Origin: an uncultured Gemmataceae bacterium
GTDB taxonomy: Bacteria; Planctomycetota; Planctomycetia; Gemmatales; Gemmataceae
Reading direction: 5' to 3'
Assembly (NCBI GenBank): GCA_963750165.1
Contig: CAVVPN010000011.1
Span: 480,001-544,000 of the forward strand
DNA: 64,000 nt
The translations under genes were made by a program, and so were the position numbers. The notes under the pieces were generated by a model that was not told where the DNA came from, did no database searches, and saw only the letters and a list, made by a program, of their open reading frames with translations. Each line of letters starts with the position of its first letter. The stretch's first letter is position 1. Positions 30,961-41,573 of the stretch are shown here, in pieces.

Positions 30961-33289
30961 TTAGTTGCCGCGCACCGGGCTCGCCGGGATCGTCGTCGCG
31001 GCCGGGACGGGCGGCATCGCCGGCGGAGCCGTGGTCGTCGTGCCATAGCCGCCGTCACAGCAACCGCTGTTGCAGCAGCTGGTCGCACACGGGTCGCAGG
31101 CCATCCGGTGCCGGAACAACCGCTGCAGCAGGCCTTCCCGCGGGCAGGTGTCGCAACAGTTGGTCGGCGGGCAGCAGGTCGTTGTCGGGCAGCAGCTGGT
31201 CTCGCAGCAGTTCGACGACCGGTGGAAGAAGTTGAACCGGCTCAGGAAGCACGACCGCGTCTCGCAGCAGGCGTTGCTCGGGCAGCAGCCGCTCTGCGGG
31301 CAGCAGTTGCTCTGCGGGCAGCAGTTGCTGGGCGGGCAGGCCGGCGGGCACTCGTTGACCAGCACGGGCACCTGCCGGCACACCTTCACGGGCACACACA
31401 CCTGCACGCACTCCTTGACCGTCTTGCAGACGGTCGTCGGCACGCACTGGGTCACCGTGTACGGCACCTGGACGTTGACGGTGTACGGCACCTGCTTGCA
31501 GACGGTCACCGGCACCTGCTTGCAGACGGTGTAGGGCACCATCGTGCAGACCTGGTACGGCACCTTCTTGTGGCAAACTTCCGGGACCATCGTGCAGACG
31601 GTGTAGGGCACCTTCTTGCAGACGGTGTGCGGGACCATACGGCACACCTGGTACGGCACCTTCTTGACGCAGCACTCGGTCACGGTCTGCCAGGAGGTGT
31701 AGGGCACCTTCTTGACGCAGGTTTCCTGCACCATGCGGCAGCTCGTGGTCGTGATGGTGCGGCGGATCTGGCCGCCGCACTGGAACGACCGACCCGGGGC
31801 TTCGCAGTCGTGGCCGACGCCTGCGCTGTCCACCCAGGCGCCCTGGCAGGTACGGGTGACCTGGTAGGGCACCTTCTGGCAGACGGTCTCGTTGACCATG
31901 CGGCACACGGTGTACGGCACCTGCTTGGTGACCGTCTCCTGGACGTTGCGGGTGACCTGGTAGGGCACCTTCTGGACGACGGTGTAGGGCACCTGCTTGT
32001 TGACCGTATAGGGCACGCGCGTGCGGACCACCTCGTTGACGTAGGTCGTCACCGGCACGCGCTCGGTAATCATCTGCGGCCCCGCGGCCGGGCCCGCGTT
32101 GCAGGTGTCACAGCAGCCGCCCGCGCCGCCGCCGAACATACGACCGCCGAACAAGCCACCGCCACCGAAGAGGCCGCCGAAGAGGCCGCCGCCGTGACCG
32201 TGACCGCCGCTGCTGCCGCAGCAGGTGTCGTTGCAGCCGGTGTTGCAACCGGTATTGCAGCCGGTGTCGCAGCAGTCCGTCGTGTTGTGGTGCCGCTGGA
32301 ACAGCCGGCGGAACGGCCGATTGTTGCCCTGGCGCACGGGTCACACGGATCGCAGGACGTATAGCAGCAGTTGCCGGCCGGCGGGCAGGCGGACGGGCAG
32401 CAGTTGCTCTGCGGGCAACAGTTGCTCTGCGGGCAGGCCGGAGCACACGGCGCGGCCGGGCGCACGGGGCACACGGCGCCGGGCGGCAGACGGTCTTGTA
32501 GGTCGTCACCGGCCGGCAGACGGTGTTGCAGACTTCCTTGTAGCACGTTTCACAGACGGTCTTGTAGCAGGTGGTGCAGACGTTCTTGTAGCACGTCTCG
32601 CACACCGGCCGGCAGACCGTGCAGCAGACGTTCTTGTAGCACGTCGTGTAGCAGGGCTTGCAGACGTTGACGTGGCAATTCTTGTAGCACGTCTCGCAGA
32701 ACTGCTTGCACACCTGATGGCAGGCGATATGGCAGTGCTGTTCATAGCACGGCTTGCAGACCGTGTACGGGCACTCCTTGTAGCAGCACACCGGCACCTT
32801 CTTGCAGACCTGGTAAGTGCATTCCTTCCAGCAGGTCTCATAGCACGGCTTGCAGACCGTGTAGGTGCAGTCCTTGTAACAGGTGGTGTAGCACGGCTTG
32901 CAGACCGTGTACGGGCAGTCCTTGTAGCAGGTCGTGTAGCACGGTTTCGTGCAGCATTCCTGCACGGTCTTCATGACGGTGCACTGCACGCTCTTCATGC
33001 AGGTGCGGCACTCGTTGCGGTAGCAGGTCTTCTGGACCTGCTGCATGACGGTTTCGTTGACCTGCTTGTAGCAGGTCTGCCAGCGTTTCTCCAGGACGGT
33101 GTCGTACACCAGCTTGTAGCCGGTGCGGCACTGGTTCTGGGCGGAACTGAAACAACACTGTGCGTCGCAACTGGATTGCGGACAACACGAATACGTGGTG
33201 GCACCGCAGTTCTGGGCGTTCGCGGACTGGATAGCCCCAAACAGGGCAACCAGCGCGACGACCAGCGGCGCTCCCAGGCGCATCCTCAT
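30961..33289 (-). CDS. Large secreted cysteine-rich YTV-repeat protein (~775 aa); two frameshifts at ~32340-32480
   Basis: GAGGAGG RBS, signal peptide, 16-residue repeats (KPCYTTCYKDCPYTVC; KKVPYTVCTMVPEVCH) and CCPQSN repeats. Confidence 0.85.
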
Positions 33290-33663
33290 GACTTGGCCTC
33301 CTCATCGGCAACGAGCAAAGGCGAAGGGCCGTGGCCGGGCAATACCCCTTGTGGTGCCCGGCGTGGGCCGCGTTCCCCCTTCTCAACACGATTGACATCC
33401 GTAGACAGTCGGGTCGGGCGGGGTACGGTTGGACTCCGGCAGGTTGGACCCGGTGGGGGGCCGGCGGGGTTGCCTGGCCGCCCCAGTTCGGCGCGATGGC
33501 GTGGTTGACCGCGTCAACGAATTCCACCGCGCCTGGCAATGCTGTTTATCGGCCGGCCCTTATCCGCTCGATCATCGACTGGCGTTTTTACGGCTCTTAC
33601 CGGGTCTGCGCCTCTTCGGGAAACGCCTGGCGTGAGGGGGGTGCGGACTGGGCAAGATGAAGG

Positions 33664-33726
33664 GGTCCGAGCCCGAGCGCCAGCGCGGGGCACGCTTGGC
33701 CCCGCGCTGGCGCTCGGGCTCGGACC
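33664..33726. repeat. REP-like palindrome, family B
   Basis: GGTCCGAGCCCGAGCGCCAGCGCGGGGC..GCCCCGCGCTGGCGCTCGGGCTCGGACC. Confidence 0.8.
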
Positions 33727-33857
33727 ACGGACAAAAAGACAGACCGGCGGCCTTGCGGGGCCGCCGGTCCAGGGGTAGGTGCGGGGGAATTGGGTCGGGG
33801 TAGGCGACCGCCTGGGGGAAGGCGGCCGTGCGATGAGCTACGGGGAAAAAGGCTCCT

Positions 33858-34055
33858 TTATACCAGTTGCGGAGTGGCACTGCGGCGGTGCAGGTTCTCG
33901 CACAGGCGCCGGCAGCAGTCCAGGTCACGCAGCATGGCTGCCGTCACCAGACGGATCGTTTCGGGATCTTCGGACCATTCCAGCTGTTGTTGACAGGTGC
34001 TCAGATGCTCCAGCATATCTTTGAGCCACAGAAGATTGGAATCGCGTTGGCTCAT
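33858..34055 (-). CDS. Small helical hypothetical protein (65 aa)
   Basis: AAGGTGG RBS; MSQRDSNLLWLKDMLEHLSTCQQQLEW...RDLDCCRRLCE. Confidence 0.65.
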   Translation of the reverse strand: MSQRDSNLLWLKDMLEHLSTCQQQLEWSEDPETIRLVTAAMLRDLDCCRRLCENLHRRSATPQLV

Positions 34056-34113
34056 GGTAATATCCACCTTCTTTTTTTTCGTTGTAGACCTTGCGGTGGT
34101 GGGAGAAGGTAAT

Positions 34114-34129
34114 TGCACGCCGCGTGCCA
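34114..34129 (-). promoter_or_regulatory. Sigma-54 promoter
   Basis: Minus strand TGGCACGCGGCGTGCA, near consensus, about 60 nt upstream of ATG 34055. Confidence 0.65.
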
Positions 34130-34288
34130 GTGGCCGGTGAAAAACCACTGCAGCGCCGCAAGTCATTTATCACAGAATGGTTGAGAAATGATTGTCTTTG
34201 GAAGCAAGCGGCGCCGCGGCGTTGTAAAAGTTGCAAGGGGCCAGGAAAAATACCGCGCTCGTGGATCGATTGTATTTTTTTCACACAG

Positions 34289-35983
34289 TCAGGCCCCGTC
34301 TTCCACACCCAACCAGCGCAGCGCCATGTTCAGGTAATACTGGGAGCCCCACTCCAGCAGCGCGGTGACCCCCAGGCCCAGGCCGACCATCGCGGCCATC
34401 GCCGGCCAGTCGTGCCACATCTGGTACTGCCACGGCTCGTGCAGCCGGGCCAGCGCACCGGCGATCAGACCGCCGCCCAGCAGGCAAAGCAGCAGGGCCA
34501 TCAGCATGCCCAGCATCATCGTCCCCAGCAGCGCCCGCCAGGAACTGCGCGAACGACTGGAGTAATACACGCCCAGCGCCGCCGCCCAGCGCACCGTGAT
34601 CCATGCTTGCAACAGTCGCGTCACCATCCACGCCACTTCCGTCACGCCCGTCGTCGCTGCCAGCAGCAGCGCCGGCGTTCCGTAGGCCACCAGCCAGACC
34701 AGGCCGGCACGGTGGACGCCCTGGAACTTTTGCCGCAAGATTTCGGTCACCGTCAACGGCGTCAGCCGCAGCGCCTCCCAGGTGCCGCGCTCGTGCTCGA
34801 CGGTGATGAGGCCGGAACTGCGCACGCCGACGACGAACACCGCCACGACCACCAGCGCGAAGGTGTAGACCAGCTCGCGGCCGATCTGCCAGCCCACCGA
34901 GCCGACGCCCGCGCCCGTCCCAAACCAGACGCCGACGCCGACGCCCAGCAGCGCCAGCAGCGTCAGCTCCACCCAGCGCGGCAGCCGGCGCAGCAGCGGC
35001 GGCGCCAGGCCGGCGGTGTACTGCTCCTTCCAGCACACCGGCCGCTCCGTCACCGGCGGATGGCGGCGCAGATACCAGGCGTCACCGCCCCGGCCCGCCT
35101 GTTCGAGTTGTTTCGCATACGCCGGCCGCAGTCGCCAGACTGCCAGCAGCAGGAACAGCGTGCCGAGACCGCCGTACAGCAGCGCCACCCTGGGAAACAG
35201 CGCCGGCACTTCGAGCCGCTCCACCTCGCTCCAGTACGTTGGCAACAGGGCTGTCGGCCACAGCGCGTCCAGCCACGGGTCCACGACGGTCAGCGTCCGC
35301 CGGGCCGCGTCGGCGACGGCCGGCGGCATTTCTGGTCGGGTCAGGTTGTCGAGTTCCTGGCGCAGCGTCACCAGGACCACGACCGTCAGCAGCACCACCG
35401 CGTACAGGCCGAGGATGGCGGTACGGGTGTTGCGGCTCCAGACGGACGCGAGCAGTGCGGCGGCACTCAGGGCGTAGACCCACAGCACCAGCACCGCCAG
35501 CTGGGCCAGGATGTAGGTCGGCCGGAACGACAGCCACGCTGCCGCGAAGCAGTAGAGCGGCACCCCCGCCAGCAGAATCGCGAGCAGTTGCAGGCCACGG
35601 CCCAGTAGCTTGCCCAGGATGATGTGCCCGGACCAGAACGGCGTCGTGAACAGGTGCTGCAAGGTGCCGCGCGACTTCTCGTCGGTGATGTCGCCGGCGA
35701 CGAACGGCACGCTCACCAGGAACAGCAGCAGATATTGCTGCCACAGCCAGGCGCGGACGAACGTCTGGCTGCCGACGAACCAGTGCTCCTCGGCCCGCTT
35801 CCAGATGGCGGTGGCGCTGAGGTGCGGCTTGGTCGGGTCCTCCTTCTCATGCGTCGCCAGGCCCGGCGAGCAGAGGAAGTAAAAGAGCACGAGCAGCCAC
35901 AGGCCGTAGCCGTAGCGCAGCAGGAGCAGCCAGTGCCGCCGGGTGCCGCGCAGCGTCGCCTGATACCAGATGGGGCCCAGCAT
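34289..35983 (-). CDS. Duplicated ABC-2 permease-like membrane protein
   Basis: ITDEKSRGTLQHLFTTP..IILGKL and ITVEHERGTWEALRLTPL..EILRQKF. Confidence 0.8.
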   Translation of the reverse strand: MLGPIWYQATLRGTRRHWLLLLRYGYGLWLLVLFYFLCSPGLATHEKEDPTKPHLSATAIWKRAEEHWFVGSQTFVRAWLWQQYLLLFLVSVPFVAGDITDEKSRGTLQHLFTTPFWSGHIILGKLLGRGLQLLAILLAGVPLYCFAAAWLSFRPTYILAQLAVLVLWVYALSAAALLASVWSRNTRTAILGLYAVVLLTVVVLVTLRQELDNLTRPEMPPAVADAARRTLTVVDPWLDALWPTALLPTYWSEVERLEVPALFPRVALLYGGLGTLFLLLAVWRLRPAYAKQLEQAGRGGDAWYLRRHPPVTERPVCWKEQYTAGLAPPLLRRLPRWVELTLLALLGVGVGVWFGTGAGVGSVGWQIGRELVYTFALVVVAVFVVGVRSSGLITVEHERGTWEALRLTPLTVTEILRQKFQGVHRAGLVWLVAYGTPALLLAATTGVTEVAWMVTRLLQAWITVRWAAALGVYYSSRSRSSWRALLGTMMLGMLMALLLCLLGGGLIAGALARLHEPWQYQMWHDWPAMAAMVGLGLGVTALLEWGSQYYLNMALRWLGVEDGA

Positions 35984-35987
35984 ACGT

Positions 35988-36455
35988 CTAATGATCCTCC
36001 CACCCGGGCAATAGCCTCTGCGGCACCCGCTCGCTGGCGGCTACCCAGATGATGGTCGTTTTCCGCTGCTCCCAGCCAAGGGCTTCCAGGACGAGGGACG
36101 CCACCGCCGTGCCCAGCAACAGGGGCACCAGTAACCATGTCCCCTGCAGATGGGACATGAGGATGTGGTGAAGGGAACCGAACGCCCCGCTGGCAAAGCC
36201 CACAATGATCCCAAACCCCGTCACGCCCAGCGTTTTGACCAGGCTGCGAAAGCTGCTCTGCGCCCACGCCGAACTGTTGAGGCCGGCGAAGATGGCCCAG
36301 CGCTGCACAAACCACAGGAACACGGCCAGCAACACCAGGGCCCCTTGCCAGAACGGCTCGGCACCGGTGAGCAGGGCGGCCGCGACCGGCGGCATCGTGG
36401 CGGCGAGCAGCAGCGGCAGGCAGGCCGCCTGGATGCCCTGGGCCTGTTGTAGCAC
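35988..36455 (-). CDS. Small hydrophobic protein, possibly a 3-prime fragment of a second permease
   Basis: Four TM-like segments; RWAIFAGLNSS resembles RWAAALGVYYSS of the neighbouring permease. Confidence 0.45.
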   Translation of the reverse strand: MLQQAQGIQAACLPLLLAATMPPVAAALLTGAEPFWQGALVLLAVFLWFVQRWAIFAGLNSSAWAQSSFRSLVKTLGVTGFGIIVGFASGAFGSLHHILMSHLQGTWLLVPLLLGTAVASLVLEALGWEQRKTTIIWVAASERVPQRLLPGWEDH

Positions 36456-36479
36456 GGTATCCTTACCGTGCTACTCCCC

Positions 36480-36624
36480 ATGACTGAAGGTCTCCTCTTC
36501 GGGCGCCTGAAACTCGGAGGAGACCTTCGGTCGGACCCGTGGCTTGGTCCGGAGACCAAGCCACAACACCGTGAGCCACAACACCGTGACCAAGCCACAA
36601 CGAGAACACCGAACACCGAACACC
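36480..36624. repeat. Composite REP-like element with tandem CCACAACACCGTGA and GAACACC units
   Basis: GACTGAAGGTCTCC..GGAGACCTTCGGTC, GTGGCTTGGTC..GACCAAGCCAC, then tandem repeats. Confidence 0.65.
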
Positions 36625-36639
36625 ATTCCGGAGGAATCC

Positions 36640-37265
36640 ATGCCGACCCAGGCCGTCATCGCCACCTGGCCGTTTGGCCAGACGGCGGCGCGCGTGGCGC
36701 TGCCGATGCTGCAAAAAGGCCAACCCGCGCTCGACGCCGCCATCGCCGGCGCCCAGGCCGTCGAGGACGATCCGCGCGTCAACTCGGTCGGCTACGGCGG
36801 CCTGGCCAACGCCATCGGTCACGACACGGTGACGGTGCTGACGCTGGACCAGAAGGGCAACCTCGGCGGCGTCTGTACCACGTCGGGGCCGGCGCACAAG
36901 CTGCCGGGCCGCGTTGGTGATTCGCCGTTGATCGGCTTGGGGCTGTACGTGGACAACATGGCGGGCGCCGCTGGCGCAACCGGCGTGGGCGAGGAGATCA
37001 TCCGCATTAACGGCAGCTTTTTCGTGGTGGAGCACATGCGGGCGGGACGGACGCCGCAGCAGGCGTGCGAGTTGGCGGTGCGCAAGGTCAATGCGGTGGC
37101 AGCGCGGCGCGGCGTCCACCCGGCGCGGGTGGCCTTCCTGGCGCTGAACGTCAAGGGCGAGCTGGGCGCCGCCAGCACGGTGCAGACGAACTTCCAGTAC
37201 GCGGTCAGCGTTGGCGACAAGGTGGAGTTGCGCAGGCGCCAGAAATCCCAGCGGGAAAGCAGTAA
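36640..37265 (+). pseudogene. Type 2 asparaginase / glycosylasparaginase (Ntn hydrolase) with an in-frame internal deletion
   Basis: IATW, VEDDP..SVGYGG, HDT nucleophile site, GRVGDSPLIG.G, ATGVGE; GGLANAIG is joined directly to HDT; probable frameshift near the 3-prime end. Confidence 0.7.
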
Positions 37266-37268
37266 CAC

Positions 37269-37347
37269 TGCCTCCCCGCGGCTCCCGTTTACGGTTCGCG
37301 TGGACTCGGCCCGCGCGAACCGTAAACGGGGACAGCGGGGAGGCCAG
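37269..37347. repeat. Long imperfect palindrome between convergent genes
   Basis: CCTCCCCGC..CCCGTTTACGGTTCGCG..CGCGAACCGTAAACGGG..GCGGGGAGG. Confidence 0.75.
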
Positions 37348-37349
37348 CG

Positions 37350-40300
37350 TCAGTCAAGCACACTGAGGTGCAGCACGACGCCGGTGTCGCGGCGTGGGTT
37401 GTAGCTGGTCAGCGTCGGGGTGTTCCACGGTCCCGGGTGGCCCTGGTAGCGAATGATCTCCCCGGCCGCGTGCGTGTGCCGGAAGACCGCGGTTAGCTGC
37501 GTCGGGGTGGCCGCGTTGTTCACCGCGGTCACCACCACCACCTCCTCGTTGGCGGCGCCCTGGTTGACCACCAGCCGCGAGCCGACCTCCAGTTTGATCC
37601 GGTTGCCGCTCACCGTGAACAACGGCTGCGCATTGTTGAGGGTAATCGTCGTGGTCACCGGCACACCGTTGGTTACGGTGATGTTGTTCACCAGACTGAT
37701 GGTGGCCGACGTGAACGTGGTGCCATTCATGGCGTAGAACGAGTTGTCCACGCCCGTGCGGTCGATGATGGCGAAGAAGCGGTGGCGGAGGTGGCGGTTC
37801 TCGTTACGGTACAGCTCGGCTCCCAGTGTCGCCGGCCTGACCGTCTCGTTGGTCACCTCGAAGAAGCCGACCGTCACCCACACCGCGAAGACGTTGCTGC
37901 GCGTCGTCACGTTGTTGAACAGCTTCGTCAGCAGGGCGTTCTGCTGGTAGGGGTGCGCCGCGCCCGGCACGCTGAGCAGCGGCGTACCGCCGGGGCCCGC
38001 CGCGCCCGCCGTCAACAGTGTGTTGTTGAGACCGATGTTATTCGGATACTGACTGCCGGCCGCGCCGGTCGTGAACCCGACGCTGAACGGGTTGAAGGGC
38101 CGGTCCACCTTGTTGGCGGCCGTGTCCGCCTGGTGGTGCCAGGTCGGGCCGATGGTCCCCGACGTCAGGTTCTGGCTGCGCCAGCCGATCATGTTGCTGT
38201 ACAGCGCCGGCGCCTGTGCCGGGTTGTCGAGCAGGGCGTAAAACACCTCCGGCTCCCAGATGGTGTTGACGTTCACCTTGCCTGGCAGGCGGAAGCGGCT
38301 GGCCGTGGTGTAACCGGCGGCGTTGCTGCCCGTGGTGATGCTGTTGCCGGCGCCGCGGTCGTGCGTCTTGACGAACTCCAGGAAGCGGTAAATGCGGCTG
38401 GCCTGCGTGAACCACGGGGCATAGTGCCCCGAGGGCGGCGCGACGCCAAACTTCTCCGTCAGGCGGTGCGGCGGATAGGCGGAGACGTACAGCAGTTCCA
38501 GCGGGCTGATGAGCGGCCGGTCCAGGTGCGTCAGCCAGTTGAACGGCATCGTCAGGGTGGCGTTGGCAGTCTTGGGCGCCGTGACGGTGGTGCCGTTGAG
38601 ACGGAAGAAGGTGTTCTGCGGCTGGTTTTTCAGCGGCGGGTTGGGAGCCTGCGGCACCAGCTGGGCGGCGTTACTGACGTTGCCGGCGTACGGCTGGCGG
38701 CGGCCCACCGTGCTCCAGGACGAAGGCGGCAGCGGATTAAGGATTTGGCCGGCGACGCCAGTGTACACGTGGGCGTTATTCACCGGCACGTTGGCCAGGA
38801 CATCGACCGTGATATACGGGTTGTAATACGGCATCTGCGGGTTGGGCTGGGAGGGCATGTTCGGGCAGGTCAGCCGTTGCAGCAGCATCGTGACCGTCGG
38901 CGGCAAGATGTTCAGACTCTGTTGCAGCGACAGCGTCTGGGTGCTGATGGTCACGGGCAGGTTCGGATTGCGGCCGGGCAGGAAGTTGGCCTGGGGCCCG
39001 ACCACGTAAAAGCCCGTCTCGCCGCCCGACGGCCCGCTGTAGTTCCCGTTGGCCGGCAGGATGCGTTTCTGGGCGTTGGTGGTACCCCAGCGGTTGAGCG
39101 TGATGAGCATCTGGGCGCCGGTCGGCTGGCCGGTCGTATTGCTGGGGGTGATGATGGTGTTGTTGGCGGCTTGCAAGGCCACCAACAGCTGGTACGGCAC
39201 CTGGATCTGGCCGCCCGGCGGGGTCGTCGGGTATTGCAGCTGCGCGGTGCCGCCGTTGAGCGGGAACGTGCTGCCGGCCGGCGTCGTCTTGAAGGGGTTG
39301 TGCAGCTCCGCCCAGACGTTGAGTTGGTAATGGGTCGCCTTCTTCAGGTTCGCGTTGCCGTTCAGAATCCCGGCGTCGGTGGAGTCGTTGTCTTGCTGGG
39401 CGTAGCCCTCGCTGAGCAGCACGCGCGGCAACTCCGTGCCATAGACCCACTCGCTCTGACCGTTGCGGTTGAACCAGTTGAACGGCGTCATGTAGTCGTC
39501 GTCGTCGAGGTAATCGACGATGTTGACGGCCAGCTGCGCCAGCCAGCGGGCGGCCTGGAAGTCGGTCGGGGCATTTGCCAGGTTGAAGCCGGCCGGAACG
39601 GTCCATTGCGGGTTGTTCGGGTCGCGGGCGCCGGTGGTCTGGATCAGGATGGTGTAAAGGTCCTGGGCCAGCTGTTGCCGCGTCGTCTGGGCGAGGTTGA
39701 ACTGGGCGAGGTTGGCTTTGGCGATCAAGCCCGTGTTGGCGTTAAACGTCGGGTAATCGACCAGTTGGCGGCTGAGGTCGAGGCGGTTCAGGGCGGCGCT
39801 GACGGCACGCCAGGTGTTCCCGTCGAACTCACTGCCGGCCTGCGTGTTGCCGCGCTGGGCGGTGGTGGGGAAGGCGATCGCCGGGCCGGTCGGGAAGGCG
39901 CCATTGGCGACATAGTTGTAAGTCGGGTCGGTGTAGGGGTTGTTCCACACCCAGGGCGTCACGCCGGGCAGTTCGTAGTCAGAGCTGTCGGTGGTCAGCA
40001 GATAGCGCAACTTCTCGTGGTTGGCGAGGAAATTCTGCGGCAGCAGTCGCAGCAACTCGGAGGTCAGGGCGGGGGCGCCCCGGTCGCCGCGGCGCAGCAG
40101 CGCCTCCTGGTTGCTGGTGGGGAACTTGCGGTCAGGGGTCAGCGGGGCGAAGAAGCTGAAGTTCGAGGGGTGGTTGGCTGGCACGAGCGTGGCGTTGTTG
40201 TAGCCCGTGAAGGTCGGGAAGGTGAGGAACTGGCCGGTGGTCGGCAGCACGGGCGGGGTGCCGCTGCCGATGATGTCCACCGGTGCATACCAGGGGCCGA

Positions 40301-41452
40301 GGGCGCCGGCGTCGGCGCCGTGCCGTGCGGGGCGGTGTTGTTCAGGCCGTAGAGGCCGACCTGCGGCAGAGCATTGTTGCCCTGGAAGACGTTATTGAAC
40401 TCGGTCGGCACAGTGCCGAGCCGCGTCAGGTTCATTTCCCAGCGGCCCCAGCCCTGGTTCGACCGGGCCAACATGCTACCGGCGATGTTCAGGTTGATGC
40501 GGTTGTCCAGGTCGATGATGAGCGGCGCGAACAGCATCTTGTAGCGCCGGCCGTCGGGCGCCGTCATGATGGGGGCGTCCAGGTCGATCCAGAGGCTGTC
40601 GTTGCCGCCGACGCCGTAGGCACCGAGGCCGAAGGGGAGGTTGCGCACGTCGCCGCCACGGTCCTCGGGGTAGGGGAAGCCGGGGTTGCCGTTGATGCCG
40701 GCGTTGTCCACCGGCCGCGGCCGCAGCGTCTTGTACTTGCCGCTGGTGTTGAGCCAGTTGCTGGCGGCGGTTGCCTGCTGAGCCAGGCTGCCAAACAGGT
40801 ATTCGCGGTGGAACGATGGCGTCAACACGGTGCCGTCGGAGCGGATCGCCGCCAGGAAGAAGTTGTGCAGGTCGGGGTAGGTGTACGGCACGTTGACGCC
40901 GAAGGTTTGCGTACTCAGCGCCGACGCCAGGTTGGCGCGGAAGCCGATGCGTTCCGGGTCGCGCAGGGGACCACCCAGGCCCTGGAAGAAGGTGTAGTTG
41001 ATGGCCTCGTAGTCATCGATGCCGGTGAGGGCGCCGGCGCCCATGGCGGCGGTGAGGGAGTAGTGCAGCCGGCCGGTGCCGCTGAACGGGGCGCTGCGGC
41101 AGTGCATAATCATCTGCGGCGGGCTGACGGTGGTGTCGAAATCGTAGTCCATGCCGTAGACGGTGCGCAGCAGGGAGTGGCCGCGCAGCGCCGAGTAGGC
41201 GCCACCGGTGTCGTCGCGTTCGTCGTAGATGAGTTTGCCGAGGAAGAAGCCCATGGCCGCTTCGGGATCGATGTCCGGGACGCGCAGGTCCACTGCCTCA
41301 CGGGCGGAGCCGGAGGCGGTCGCCTCGGACTCGGCGTAGGTGACGAAGGCGATACCGGTGATCGCGAACAGCGTCAGCATGGTGATGACGATGAGCAGCA
41401 CCATGCCCGGCCGGCGGCCAGCGGTCGGCGAAAACGGCGGTTGCATTATCAT
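37350..41452 (-). CDS. Giant PilX/GspK-like pilus-associated protein (~1370 aa); frameshift near 40290
   Basis: RRPG|MVLLIVITMLTLFAITGIAF class III-like signal without E5; RINLN, AQLAVNIVDYLD, GKVNVNT, VTTRSNVFAVWVTVGFFEV, RHRFFAIIDR; N/T/P/G-rich. Confidence 0.75.
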
Positions 41453-41468
41453 GGCCAAAGCTCCCTGG

Positions 41469-41573
41469 AGTCATTAGTCATTAGTCATTAGTCGCCAGTT
41501 CCTGGTTTTCAGTCATCAGTCCCTGGTCATTAAATGCTGTCCTGATGACTAATGACTAATGACTAATGACTAT
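41469..41573. repeat. Inverted heptamer tandem-repeat array (AGTCATT)n / (AATGACT)n
   Basis: About nine degenerate forward heptamers then about four reverse heptamers; fills the intergenic space. Confidence 0.9.

Noticed and set aside
30961..33289. Diversity-generating retroelement or repeat array within the Cys-rich gene
   Set aside because: Repeats are in-frame coding repeats with synonymous variation; no reverse transcriptase or TR/VR pair is in the window.
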